DNA from: Patescibacteria group bacterium
GTDB lineage: Bacteria; Patescibacteriota; Patescibacteriia; Buchananbacterales; UBA6539
Direction: 5' to 3'
Length of the DNA: 64,000 nt
Assembly (NCBI GenBank): GCA_041662625.1
Contig: JBAZSB010000001.1
Location: forward strand, 471,093-535,092
In this document: positions 47,850 through 57,498 of the stretch, piece by piece
How positions within the stretch are numbered: position 1 is the first letter of the stretch
Layout of the letters: every line of letters begins with the position of its first letter
The notes under the pieces: generated by a model
The model's database searches: none
What the model saw: only the letters and a program-made list of their open reading frames with translations
Told to the model about the DNA's origin: nothing
Made by a program: the position numbers and the translations under genes

Positions 47850-48155
47850 TTATTTATTCTTCAGGGGTAGTTTTTGCTGCACCCCTAATAACCGACGCGC
47901 AATTTTTGCTCCTTTCGGCGTCAATTTCACCTGCCTAATAAACCACTTGTGGGGTGTTTTCCAGCCGTAACCAATCACCAGTTCTTTTTTAATCAACCGT
48001 TCAACACTTTTAGTAATAGTATTAACCAAATCTTTTGGTTTAGGCTTAGCTTTCGAATTAGTATAAAATCTCTCCAGATTTGCCTTAGAAATTACCTTAT
48101 CTTTGGCTTGGACGCATTGTTTCAAGATATATTTTTGTAATGTGGACAGTTTCAT
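47850..48155 (-). CDS. Small basic protein, possible DNA-binding
   Basis: 101 aa, Lys/Arg-rich. Immediately preceded by a 15-bp perfect inverted repeat. Confidence 0.4.
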   Translation of the reverse strand: MKLSTLQKYILKQCVQAKDKVISKANLERFYTNSKAKPKPKDLVNTITKSVERLIKKELVIGYGWKTPHKWFIRQVKLTPKGAKIARRLLGVQQKLPLKNK

Positions 48156-48216
48156 AAATATGATACCAATCTACAAATATTCGTAGATTCGCATACATTC
48201 GTAGATTGGTATCATG

Positions 48217-48885
48217 TTATAAAAGCTTAAACTTATTAATCTCCAGATCAAATTTATAGCCTAAATATTTTGCCGCCACCCGACAGAAAGTCATTCTTTC
48301 AGTAAAAATTTCGAAGTACTCCAAAGGAGCGGAAAATTTGGTATCAAGTTTTAAACGCAGGACAATTAATTTTTTATCGGGCAGAACAATTAAATCATTA
48401 TCAACAATAGCGTAATTAACCCGGTCATGGATATCTTTGTGCGGATTACCACTTTTGGTTTTTTTCACCCTCGAGCGATGAACATCACTTTTATCGGCCA
48501 AAATCAAAATAGCTGTTACTTTATTGACAATTTTCAAATCATCTTTATCATGGCTGACAATAGCCTGAGCCACGGTGGAAACATCATTAGGATCATCAAC
48601 TTCATTTAAAAAAACTTGGGAAAACAACAAAGCCGACCAGTAATGGTGTTGATGGCGGCCTAAAAAATTCCCCATGTCATGGCAATAACCGGCTACCGCG
48701 GCAAGCTGCTGAATATTGGCCGACATTCCAATTTTTTTGGCAATGCTTTGCGCCCGGTCAGCCGCAATATTAATGTGGCGGAAACCATGGTCGGTGAAGC
48801 CTAGAGAATCTAAATAAATTTGTGTCTGCTGGACAAAATCCTTGATTTTGGGATTTTTTTTGACCAAATCTAAAGTAAGTTTCAT
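48217..48885 (-). CDS. HD-domain phosphohydrolase
   Basis: H...HD motif (GFRHINIAADRAQ...GYCHDMGN). Confidence 0.65.
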   Translation of the reverse strand: MKLTLDLVKKNPKIKDFVQQTQIYLDSLGFTDHGFRHINIAADRAQSIAKKIGMSANIQQLAAVAGYCHDMGNFLGRHQHHYWSALLFSQVFLNEVDDPNDVSTVAQAIVSHDKDDLKIVNKVTAILILADKSDVHRSRVKKTKSGNPHKDIHDRVNYAIVDNDLIVLPDKKLIVLRLKLDTKFSAPLEYFEIFTERMTFCRVAAKYLGYKFDLEINKFKLL

Positions 48886-48896
48886 ATTTATTTCAG

Positions 48897-49346
48897 CTAT
48901 TCGTTATTTCCCTTGATTGGACTTTCACCACTCGCTGGCTGGCATTCACCGCGATAAAAAGCCCATTCATCACATTCTGAACCGTCGCTAAACTTACATA
49001 TACCGGACTGGCTGCCGTCATCGGCGGTTTTAATTTCCACTGTGCCGCCCTTCTGCTCACAGTTGACTGAAGCGGGGTTAGCTATTCCTACCGGCGTTTG
49101 CGGCATAATAGTTGGCTCGGTGGTCGTACCGGGATGGCATTTGACACCTTTGCATTGAGCGGTCGGACATTCAGCAAACTCACAATTTGGCCCTTGTCGC
49201 CCGACAGATGAACCATCAGAACAAATCTTTGCTTCCATAGTACATGCCCCTCTTCCGTCCTCCTCAACCTTGACGAACGGATTAATGGTGCAGCCTGCCA
49301 AAATTAATAATCCTACTACGGCTAATAAAAAAGTAATTTTTTTCAT
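48897..49346 (-). CDS. Cys-rich lipoprotein
   Basis: Lipobox LLILAGC; 12 Cys in the mature part. Confidence 0.45.
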   Translation of the reverse strand: MKKITFLLAVVGLLILAGCTINPFVKVEEDGRGACTMEAKICSDGSSVGRQGPNCEFAECPTAQCKGVKCHPGTTTEPTIMPQTPVGIANPASVNCEQKGGTVEIKTADDGSQSGICKFSDGSECDEWAFYRGECQPASGESPIKGNNE

Positions 49347-49391
49347 GGGTTTATAGTTAACTGTTAAATGTTAATGGTTAACTGTTAATTG

Positions 49392-50822
49392 TTAGTCAGC
49401 CATAGCTGTATCAAAGCCTTCCTCGGCTTCAACGCCTTTGGCTAAATCAATGTTAGCTTCCTTTAAGGCTTTCTTACTGGCTGGACTGGGTGCACCCATC
49501 ATCAAATCGCGGCTGTCGCCAGTTTTGGGAAAAACTATGACTTCGCGAATATTGGGTTCATTTTGTAAAATCGCCATAATCCGATCAATGCCCGGCGCAA
49601 TCCCGCCATGCGGCGGCGCCCCGTAAGTAAAAGCTTCCAGCATATGGCCAAACCTAGCCTGGATTTCTTTTTCCCCGACTCCTAAAAGTTCAAAAACTTT
49701 TTGCTGGACTTCCCGCAGATGAATCCTGATTGAGCCGCCGGCAATTTCAAAACCGTTTAAGACTAAATCATAACCATAGGCCCGCCATTTTCTTGGCTCA
49801 TCCGGGTATTTTTTCATATCTTCCAAGTTTGGCATGGTAAAAGGATGATGACTGGCGACTAATTTCTTTTCAGTTTCGGAATATTTAAACATGGGCGGAT
49901 CAATCAGCCACATGAAAGCCACTTCATTGGAATCTTCTTTGTTAGTTCTCAAGTCAGGCTTATCGGTTTTGTATTTTTTCAAACATTCAGCATGGGTCAG
50001 GCGCGGGAACGGTTTAGCCGTGATTTTCTTTTCCGGATACAAAGTTTCAACCAGCTTAATCATCATCGGTTCCATTAACGAAAATATATCTTCTTGATCA
50101 ACAAAACTCATTTCTAAGTCCAGCTGAGTAAATTCCGCCTGGCGGTCACCGCGGGTATCTTCATCACGAAAGCAGCGGGCAATCTGAAAATATTTTTCCG
50201 CACCGCCAACCATCAGTAATTGCTTAAATTGCTGGGGTGACTGGGGCAAGACATAAAATTGGCCTGGCCAAAGCCGGGCAGGCACTAAAAATTCTCTGGC
50301 CCCTTCCGGCGTGCCTTTGGTTAAAATTGGCGTTTCCACTTCCAAGAAACCCTGCTGATCCAAATAATCACGGATAAATTTGACCACCCGATGGCGCATG
50401 ATCATGTTATTTTTCATCCGTTCCGACCGCAAATCCAAATAGCGGTATTTCAACCGAATTTCCTCGCTGACTTGGCTGGTATCTTTATCTAATTCAAAAG
50501 GTGGAGTTTTTGCCTCATTTAGAATTTCCAATTCCTCCCCTCTCATCTCTACGGTGCCAGTGGCAATCTTTTCATTGACCATATTTTTGGGCCTTTGGTT
50601 GATTGTCCCTTTAATTCTGACTACAAATTCCGACCGCAAGCTATTGGCTAATTTATGAGCCCCTGCAAAAGTCGGCTCAAAAACCACCTGCAAAATGCCG
50701 CTGCGGTCCCGCAGGTCAATAAAAATAATTTTGCCATGATCGCGCCGGGTATGGACCCAACCTCTGACTTCAACCTTCTGCCCAACTTGATTTACTACCT
50801 CTGCGATTGCTGTTCTTGCCAT
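49392..50822 (-). CDS. aspS: Aspartate--tRNA ligase (compact form without a recognisable GAD insertion)
   Basis: N-terminal OB fold. LPQSPQQFKQLLMVGG..FQIARCFRDEDTRGDRQAEFTQLD (class II motif 2, AspRS-type QSPQ signature). Motif 3 GGIAPGIDR. Confidence 0.75.
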   Translation of the reverse strand: MARTAIAEVVNQVGQKVEVRGWVHTRRDHGKIIFIDLRDRSGILQVVFEPTFAGAHKLANSLRSEFVVRIKGTINQRPKNMVNEKIATGTVEMRGEELEILNEAKTPPFELDKDTSQVSEEIRLKYRYLDLRSERMKNNMIMRHRVVKFIRDYLDQQGFLEVETPILTKGTPEGAREFLVPARLWPGQFYVLPQSPQQFKQLLMVGGAEKYFQIARCFRDEDTRGDRQAEFTQLDLEMSFVDQEDIFSLMEPMMIKLVETLYPEKKITAKPFPRLTHAECLKKYKTDKPDLRTNKEDSNEVAFMWLIDPPMFKYSETEKKLVASHHPFTMPNLEDMKKYPDEPRKWRAYGYDLVLNGFEIAGGSIRIHLREVQQKVFELLGVGEKEIQARFGHMLEAFTYGAPPHGGIAPGIDRIMAILQNEPNIREVIVFPKTGDSRDLMMGAPSPASKKALKEANIDLAKGVEAEEGFDTAMAD

Positions 50823-51032
50823 AAAAATAATAAAAAATAGGATGAATTAGTACTTATATCATATAATTTTTTGCGATTTCTGGCAACCCTGATACCAAAC
50901 CATTTGGTCTAAAAAGACTTGACAAAAAAAGAAATATAAGTTAGGATAAAAATCTGAACCTTTTTGAGTTGTGTCTTTGTATTTTGTTTTTGCCGGAGAG
51001 GCTAACTGTAATCGGAAAGGAGGTGATTCCGA

Positions 51033-51272
51033 ATGAGTATAACAGTAGCCATACAGTGTAAGGGTGGGGTGGCCCAGTTGATTCGAGCTGCTCTGCAGCA
51101 GCGTTCACCCCTGAGGGTGACCAAAGACCAACTCGAGCAACTCGCCAAAGTGGGCGGAGCCCACATAACCGAAAGGAAGGAGGGACAGCACGATGTTCGA
51201 GTGGTTTCGATACCAGGAGAGGAAGACCAACGCTTGGAATTCCTCGCCCCTGCCGACAGACTCGGCACATGA
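51033..51272 (+). CDS. GC-rich small hypothetical protein
   Basis: 79 aa. SD GGAAAGGAGGTG. Terminator GGCCCAGG...CCTGGGCC + T-run at ~51290-51335. Confidence 0.35.
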   Translation: MSITVAIQCKGGVAQLIRAALQQRSPLRVTKDQLEQLAKVGGAHITERKEGQHDVRVVSIPGEEDQRLEFLAPADRLGT

Positions 51273-51403
51273 ACATATTCACCCTCCACCAGATGGCCCA
51301 GGACAACGATCATATCGCCTGGGCCTCATTTTTTTTAAAAAAAAATCGCCTCGCCTTGGAAAACTTCCCAAGAGCGAGGCGGTGAAAACATCATACGATA
51401 ACC

Positions 51404-52672
51404 TCAGGCGATTGCCGGCTCCCATTCCGGATCAATACCCATGAAGGCTTTCGTATCTTGGTAGAGCGCACGGCCTACCGTGTCAATGTCGACTTCGTTC
51501 AATGGTGTACCTGCGGCCAACTTGGCCCACACAGTAATAGGGTAAAACCGCACAACATTGGTACCCATTACTGCGACCTCAGTCAACATATCCCCACTGT
51601 TACCGGGGACAAAGACGTCGCAGATGTTGTCGGTGCCGATACGAATCGGAATTCGCCACTTGATTAACTCCAGCAGGCGTGCTACCGAATTGTGCATCGG
51701 CGCCGTAATCGGCCGTAACCGGCGCATCGAAATCGCCGCTGTCGGACAGATGATCACACCGATATTGAGGCGCTTAAGGTCCTTCAGCAGTTGCCGAAAC
51801 TTCTCTTCCGTGTAGGACGACGGGCTGATCATGTGAACGACCCAGATCTTCGGTTTTCCGGAGGCAAACCAATCGATCGCTTTCTGTTCCATGCCGTCTA
51901 TCACGCGGATTAGTCGGATCGTCCCTTCTTCGCTTGGATCATCCGCCTGATCCAGATGGAGATGCACTTCTTTGCGCAACCGGTAGGCAAGCTCCAGAAT
52001 CCGCCGGATGTGCTGTTCAAATCCGATCTTACCGTCTCGGCTACCTCGCACCGAGATATCGAAGTCATCCTTCTCCGGTAAAGCAGTAATGAAATCGGAG
52101 TCCTTGGCCGCTTTGAGATAGGTTTCCCAGCGACCGCTCCCCTGTTTGAAACCGAAGATTGGACTCGGTCCGATCTGCAGATCAATTTGACCTGCGAATT
52201 CAGCCTTAAGCTCGCGCAGAATTCGCCAGGCCAAAAGACCACCTTCGGCAATACCAGGGCACACGTCGCAGCAGGTGCTTAAACGTGTTGTCCCAAAAGC
52301 AATACAACGCCGAAGCACGCGACTTACCCGCTCGCGCAGGTCCTTCTCAGTGTAAGCTGGACCCCGGTGAATGTAACCGACCAGGTTCTGCTTCACGGTC
52401 AGCGGCATAATCGCTGCATCCAACGGATTCAAGCTGATCTGACTCAGATACATCGGGTCAAGCGTATCAGCCCGATCTAGATGAGCATGCCAATTGCTGA
52501 ACCCGCCCAAAGCCTCGACTTGTTCCAAGAGCTGCCGCGAATACGGATCTAGGATCCGATTTGGCAACACGACTGTTCCCTTCTCTGACCGTACTCCTCG
52601 TGCTCCTCTTGCCTTTTTTACACTCTTCACCATGATTTCCTCTCCTTCAATGTTGCTGCCGGGTTTCTTCAC
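51404..52672 (-). CDS. codA: Cytosine deaminase-like metal-dependent amidohydrolase
   Basis: NWHAHLD metal-binding motif. GQIDLQIGPSPIFGF, VHLHLDQADD and GTDNICDVFVPGNSGDML align with the conserved CodA blocks (HIHLD, WIDLQIVAFPQEG, VHCDEIDD, GHDDVFDPWYPLGTANML). Local GC is ~55%. Confidence 0.6.
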   Translation of the reverse strand: MKKPGSNIEGEEIMVKSVKKARGARGVRSEKGTVVLPNRILDPYSRQLLEQVEALGGFSNWHAHLDRADTLDPMYLSQISLNPLDAAIMPLTVKQNLVGYIHRGPAYTEKDLRERVSRVLRRCIAFGTTRLSTCCDVCPGIAEGGLLAWRILRELKAEFAGQIDLQIGPSPIFGFKQGSGRWETYLKAAKDSDFITALPEKDDFDISVRGSRDGKIGFEQHIRRILELAYRLRKEVHLHLDQADDPSEEGTIRLIRVIDGMEQKAIDWFASGKPKIWVVHMISPSSYTEEKFRQLLKDLKRLNIGVIICPTAAISMRRLRPITAPMHNSVARLLELIKWRIPIRIGTDNICDVFVPGNSGDMLTEVAVMGTNVVRFYPITVWAKLAAGTPLNEVDIDTVGRALYQDTKAFMGIDPEWEPAIA

Positions 52673-52755
52673 TACGACACTGCCACTGCTGTCTTTCCAT
52701 CCTCTCCCAAAAAACTCCTTTCCTCACTACATTTACCATAGACTTCCGCTCCTTC

Positions 52756-53697
52756 TCAATGTTGCTGTTGCTGCCGGGTTTCTTTACTACGACGCCACTC
52801 TTCGAAACTGGAGAAACCGTGTCTCTCCAGCCATTCGCTGATGCCCAAAATGATGCGGGGCATCGCCGAAGCCGGATGGCCGAAGTTGGCTGTGCCAACT
52901 GCCACAGCTTGGGCACCTGCCCAAAAGAACTTCATTGCATCCGCCGCCTCAGTAATGCCACCCATCCCGATGACCGGAATTCTGATGTCAGGGCAATGAC
53001 AGACCTGCCAAACACAACGTAGAGCTACGCGTAGAATTCCAGGACCTGAGACGCCGCCGGTGATGTTAGCCAAAACCGGCTGACCAGTTTCCGGATTGAT
53101 GTCCATGCCCAAAAGCGTGTTGATCAGGGATAAGACATCAGCTCCACCTGCTTGTGCTGCCTTGGCAATAGCCACGATGTCAGTGACGTTGGGCGTCAGT
53201 TTGGCAATCAATGGCACCTTAGCCCGCGACCTGATAGCCGAAACTAACTCATAGGTCAGTTTAGGATCTTGGCCAAACGACATGCCCATCTTCACGTTGG
53301 GGCACGAAATGTTAGCCTCGATCATATCAATGCCCGAACCGTCCAGTCTTGCCGTCAGTTCGACGTATTCCTCAACTGTCGTACCCGAGATATTGACAAC
53401 CACGCGCCGGCCCAAGGCTTTGATTGGCAGCAGCTTACGTGCCAAAAAGTCCTCAATCCCATCTCCGGCCAAACCAATGGCATTCAGTATCACGCCACGG
53501 TTGGTGTCATACAGTCTGGGTGTCGGATTACCGGGAACTGGCTTCAGCTTGACAGTCTTGCTGACGATTGCGCCAGGTTTTGGGTCTTCCAAGAGCTGCT
53601 CGCCCTCTTCGTCCCAAGTGCCGGACGCATTCATGACCGGGTTACCAAGAAGTACACCGGCCAGAGTAGTGCTCAGATCAACTTTACGTGAGTTCAT
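52756..53697 (-). CDS. pyrD: Dihydroorotate dehydrogenase catalytic subunit (class 1B)
   Basis: NASGT, NISCPN (active-site Cys) and the GGI..A motif. It overlaps pyrK by 14 nt. Confidence 0.8.
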   Translation of the reverse strand: MNSRKVDLSTTLAGVLLGNPVMNASGTWDEEGEQLLEDPKPGAIVSKTVKLKPVPGNPTPRLYDTNRGVILNAIGLAGDGIEDFLARKLLPIKALGRRVVVNISGTTVEEYVELTARLDGSGIDMIEANISCPNVKMGMSFGQDPKLTYELVSAIRSRAKVPLIAKLTPNVTDIVAIAKAAQAGGADVLSLINTLLGMDINPETGQPVLANITGGVSGPGILRVALRCVWQVCHCPDIRIPVIGMGGITEAADAMKFFWAGAQAVAVGTANFGHPASAMPRIILGISEWLERHGFSSFEEWRRSKETRQQQQH

Positions 53698-54484
53698 ACC
53701 AGTTTACCTCCTCTGCCGGAAATACCGGGCCGTCTTTGCAGACGTATTTTGGGAAACCACTTAGCATCGGTACAGCGCACGACTTGCAGGCGTAAATCCC
53801 GCCGCAACCCATCACTTGCTCGATGAACGCCAAACAGCTTACTCCGGCTTCTTGGGCTAAGAGAGCCACCTGCTTCATCATTGGCTTGGGGCCACAAGTG
53901 ATGATCTGGACTTTGTCCGACGACGGCAAACCGTCTCTGCTAAGAATCTCTCGCAGGAGATCGACTGCCGTCTTGCTGTCCTCGGCTTGGGTGACATAGT
54001 TAAAGGTCGCACCGATTCTTTCGAAATCAGCTTGACCAAAAACCTGAGCCCGATTCCGAAAACCACAACCGACAATCACACGCGCAGAAGTCTGCTCATT
54101 GATCTCCCTGGCCGGGAAATGCATCGAGGCCAAACCGCAGCCGCCAGCGATCATCAGAAAACACTCAATCGCTGGATCGATGATTATGCCCTGGCCAATT
54201 GGGCCAAGGATTTCCACATCTTGGCCAGCTTTCCAGCCAGCGTACGCCCGGGTGTTAGGTCCAGCATCCTGAATCACCAGATCAATAACATCATCTCTTC
54301 GTGAGTAGACGGTGAACGGCCGACGGCAGTTCGCCGAAGGTATTCCGGGTTCGATTGTGACAAACTGCCCAGGCTTAACCCTGGCAGCAATTCTCGGACA
54401 ACACAGAGCAGCCTTTACAATCCCTTGGGCTATCTGGGTGACCGATGACACAACCGCCATATCAACTACCTTACTTGCGCTCAT
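53684..54484 (-). CDS. pyrK: Dihydroorotate dehydrogenase electron-transfer subunit (FAD/NAD-binding, 2Fe-2S)
   Basis: RPFTV FAD motif. C-terminal CGGIYACKSC cluster-binding Cys triad plus a fourth Cys. Confidence 0.75.
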   Translation of the reverse strand: MSASKVVDMAVVSSVTQIAQGIVKAALCCPRIAARVKPGQFVTIEPGIPSANCRRPFTVYSRRDDVIDLVIQDAGPNTRAYAGWKAGQDVEILGPIGQGIIIDPAIECFLMIAGGCGLASMHFPAREINEQTSARVIVGCGFRNRAQVFGQADFERIGATFNYVTQAEDSKTAVDLLREILSRDGLPSSDKVQIITCGPKPMMKQVALLAQEAGVSCLAFIEQVMGCGGIYACKSCAVPMLSGFPKYVCKDGPVFPAEEVNWYELT

Positions 54485-54783
54485 TCTATCTCCTCCCTAC
54501 CTCGGTTGAAAATGCCTAAATTGACACAAAAAAAATAGGGCTTCCCCCTATTCCCTAATGGATTGTCAAGGTACTTGACAACCCCCTCCCCAGAATAGTA
54601 TCAGAATCAAGTTGTTTAGTCAAGATCATTATTTTTAGCTATTTCTTAATAATCTAAAGATAAAATACCCAAATTAGTGCTTACAAAAAATGCGGCTTTA
54701 AAGCCGCCGCCTGACGGCTGGAAACCGTCTTTGGGTGTTAAACAACACCTTTTTATCTATCCTAAGGTAAATTAATCTGCATG

Positions 54784-55344
54784 TCAAATCTTCATTTTAA
54801 CTAAAAATTTCTCCGTTTGTAATTCCGCCTCTAACTGATTTTTTAAAAACTGATTTAATTTCTTTGGGTCAGCAGCTATACTGGCATTTGGAGCCAGCCC
54901 TAAAAGTGACAATAATTTAATGATAAAAGCCTGCTTAACCACTCGCCATTCCTTGTCTTTAAATAAATTATCATTGACTACAGATAAATACTTTGCCAAC
55001 AAATTAAAAATATTGCTGTCCGGCTGATCAGTTTCAGTCAATTTATCAACCAGCTCTAAGGCAAAGCTTCCTAAAACAATTTTTTTTAAATCCATACCAA
55101 GGCGGGGAAAATTTGTGACTAAAACTGCTCCGGCAATATGGCTATAGTTTTTTCCCGGCGCAATCATTAAATCAATCAGGCCAAACATTTTCAAACTACT
55201 GTTAAGCTTGCTTTGGATTTTTTTTGTCCCCCGACCCAAAGCTATAACCTTGCCATAGTTTTGGGTGTAGATACTAAAAAGCTGATCAGCTTCAGCGTGA
55301 TCAGTCTTTTTGAGGATTAGGCCAATGGTTTGGTAGGTGGACAT
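54784..55344 (-). CDS. recO: DNA repair protein RecO (short form)
   Basis: The N-terminal OB-fold pattern MSTYQTIGLILKKTDHAEADQLFSIYTQNYGKVIALGRG matches RecO. At 186 aa it is shorter than typical. Confidence 0.55.
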   Translation of the reverse strand: MSTYQTIGLILKKTDHAEADQLFSIYTQNYGKVIALGRGTKKIQSKLNSSLKMFGLIDLMIAPGKNYSHIAGAVLVTNFPRLGMDLKKIVLGSFALELVDKLTETDQPDSNIFNLLAKYLSVVNDNLFKDKEWRVVKQAFIIKLLSLLGLAPNASIAADPKKLNQFLKNQLEAELQTEKFLVKMKI

Positions 55345-55422
55345 ATTAGGAATTTAGGAGGTTAGGAATTTAGGAGGTTAGGGAGATGCGCTTTTATTTC
55401 TAATTCCTAAATTCCTAATTTC
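55345..55422. repeat. Long imperfect hairpin built from tandem 8-nt words (TTAGGAATTTAGGAGG x2 ... CTAATTCCTAAATTCCTAATTTCCTA). Other members of the same class are at 16181-16274, 17895-17962, 26966-27067, 48158-48222 and 59048-59108.
   Basis: Tandem short words are followed by their reverse complements, always in intergenic spacers at gene 3' ends. Confidence 0.45.
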
Positions 55423-55857
55423 CTAGTGCCTTATTTTCTTATCTAAGTAACTCTGCAGTATTAACATCGCTGCCACAGCATCATCCGGACCTTTTTTGAC
55501 CAAATCACGCCGCAAGCCGTTAGCCATTTTTGTACTCAAACGCTCATCCTCAACTTCAATTGGCAAATCAAAATTTCCTTTTAGCCAATTAACAAAACTT
55601 AAAACTTCCTGCATTTGTTTATTCTGTAAATCAATCCGCCGCCAAAAAGTTCTTTTATGCCCATTTTGCATACTGACCGGCACACCGATTACAATCTGTT
55701 TGATATTATATTTTTGGCAAATCATTTTTAAGCCGGCCAAAACTTCCGGATTGGTGGTATTGGGCAAAATTTCCAAAGGCAAAGCGAACTTTTGCCCCTC
55801 ATCAGAAACTGCTAAGCCTATTTTTTTAGCACCATAATCAATGCCTAAAATTGCCAT
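55423..55857 (-). CDS. ruvX: Holliday-junction resolvase-like / pre-16S rRNA nuclease YqgF
   Basis: MAILGIDYGAKKIGLAVSD and the RNase H-like acidic residues. Confidence 0.8.
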   Translation of the reverse strand: MAILGIDYGAKKIGLAVSDEGQKFALPLEILPNTTNPEVLAGLKMICQKYNIKQIVIGVPVSMQNGHKRTFWRRIDLQNKQMQEVLSFVNWLKGNFDLPIEVEDERLSTKMANGLRRDLVKKGPDDAVAAMLILQSYLDKKIRH

Positions 55858-55973
55858 AAACTCAATTTTTAATTTTGAATTTCAATTTCCCGCCGCAGCG
55901 GGATCCTCAATTTTTCACCAAATCATAGATTTGGGGGAAATCGGGACAATATTATAATATTCAAAATTCGAAT

Positions 55974-56753
55974 TTAATTAGTGATGGTTATTATCTCATG
56001 TCCATTATTCGTCACGACAATAGTATGCTCAAAATGGGCACCTAAGCTGCCATCAGCCACCACAACGCTCCATTCATCCTCCAGAGTTTTGATTAAATAG
56101 TCACCGGCACTGACCATTGGTTCAATCGCTAAAACCATACCGGCTTTCAGTTCACAATCTTTCTGGCTCTTATCAACATAATTAGGAATTCTTGGATCTT
56201 CATGGACCTGATAACCCACGCCGTGGCCGACCAATTGCCTGATGACGGAAAAACCCTGGGCTTCAACATATTGCTGGATACTACGGGAAATATCCGAGAT
56301 GTGATTGCCCGGCTTAACTTGATCAATCCCTATTTCTAATGATCTTTTGGTCACTTTAATTAATTTCCGGGCCAGTTGGCTGACTTTACCAATCCCAATG
56401 GTTACGGCCATATCTGTAAAAAACCCGCCATCCTTTGGGTATTTCATCCCGATATCAATATTTAAAACATCCCCGGTTTTAAGCTGATAGTTTGAAGCTG
56501 GGGTATGAACGATTTGGTCATTGACTGAAGCGCAGATGGTGGTAGGAAAAGCCGGCTCACCCTGGCGGCTGCGGTAATTCTTAAAAGAAGGGATTCCGCC
56601 CTTCTCTGTAATCAAGTGTTCGGCTAACTGATCTAAATCAATTGTCTTAACGCCGGGTTCAGCTTTTCTGACTAATTCGGCTAAAACTTCGGCCAAAATC
56701 CGGCCGCCTTGGCGCAAAACTTCAATTTCCTCAGGGGTTTTTATAGTAACCAT
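55974..56753 (-). CDS. map: Methionine aminopeptidase type I
   Basis: Pita-bread fold. Metal ligands D..D..H..E..E in blocks DIGMKY, GHGVGYQVHE, EPMVS and FEHTIVVT. Confidence 0.9.
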   Translation of the reverse strand: MVTIKTPEEIEVLRQGGRILAEVLAELVRKAEPGVKTIDLDQLAEHLITEKGGIPSFKNYRSRQGEPAFPTTICASVNDQIVHTPASNYQLKTGDVLNIDIGMKYPKDGGFFTDMAVTIGIGKVSQLARKLIKVTKRSLEIGIDQVKPGNHISDISRSIQQYVEAQGFSVIRQLVGHGVGYQVHEDPRIPNYVDKSQKDCELKAGMVLAIEPMVSAGDYLIKTLEDEWSVVVADGSLGAHFEHTIVVTNNGHEIITITN

Positions 56754-56859
56754 AGTAGTAAATTATAAATGTCAAATTACAAATTTCAAACACTTTGATT
56801 TTGCGTTTAGAATTTGAGATTTAAAATTTGGAATTTGTTTGTTATTTGTAATTTGGAAT

Positions 56860-57498
56860 TTAGAATTTTTTCTTGATGATTTCTTCAACCTGCTGATAGA
56901 CTTCCTCAATCGACTTGGAGCCGTCAACCCGGTGTAAAATACCAGACTTTTCATAAATTGCCAAAAGCGGTTCAGTTTCAGTATGGTAGATTTCCAGCCG
57001 CTTTCGGATTGCGTCCGGTGTATCATCATCACGTTTGAATAACTCACCGCCGCATTTGTCGCAAACCCCCGGACTTTTCGGCGGATTATTCAAAGGATGA
57101 TAGCTCAAACCGCATTTGCAGGCTAAACGGTCAGCCAATCTAGCGATTGCTTCGGCATCAGTTAATTCAATGGCAATAGCCAAATCAATTTTAGTAATCC
57201 CAGCCAAGAATTCAAGCTGGCTTTTATTCCTCGGATAGCCATCCAAAACAAACCCGGTGGCACAATCAGGCTGATGAATCCGGTTTTGGACAATTTCATT
57301 AGTCAGTTCATCGGGCACCAAATGACCGACATTAATATATTCAGCAACTTTTTTACCTAATTCGGTTTGATTTTTTAAGTGATAACGAAAAATATCGCCA
57401 GTGGAAATATAAGGCCAAGCATGCCTTCTGGCGATTAATTCAGCTTGTGTTCCTTTACCTGATCCTTGCGGACCAAAGATTATAATTTTCATAATCAT
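56860..57498 (-). CDS. adk: Adenylate kinase with zinc-binding LID (CKCG...CDKCG)
   Basis: GPQGSGKGTQA P-loop, NMP-binding and LID motifs. Confidence 0.9.
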   Translation of the reverse strand: MIMKIIIFGPQGSGKGTQAELIARRHAWPYISTGDIFRYHLKNQTELGKKVAEYINVGHLVPDELTNEIVQNRIHQPDCATGFVLDGYPRNKSQLEFLAGITKIDLAIAIELTDAEAIARLADRLACKCGLSYHPLNNPPKSPGVCDKCGGELFKRDDDTPDAIRKRLEIYHTETEPLLAIYEKSGILHRVDGSKSIEEVYQQVEEIIKKKF

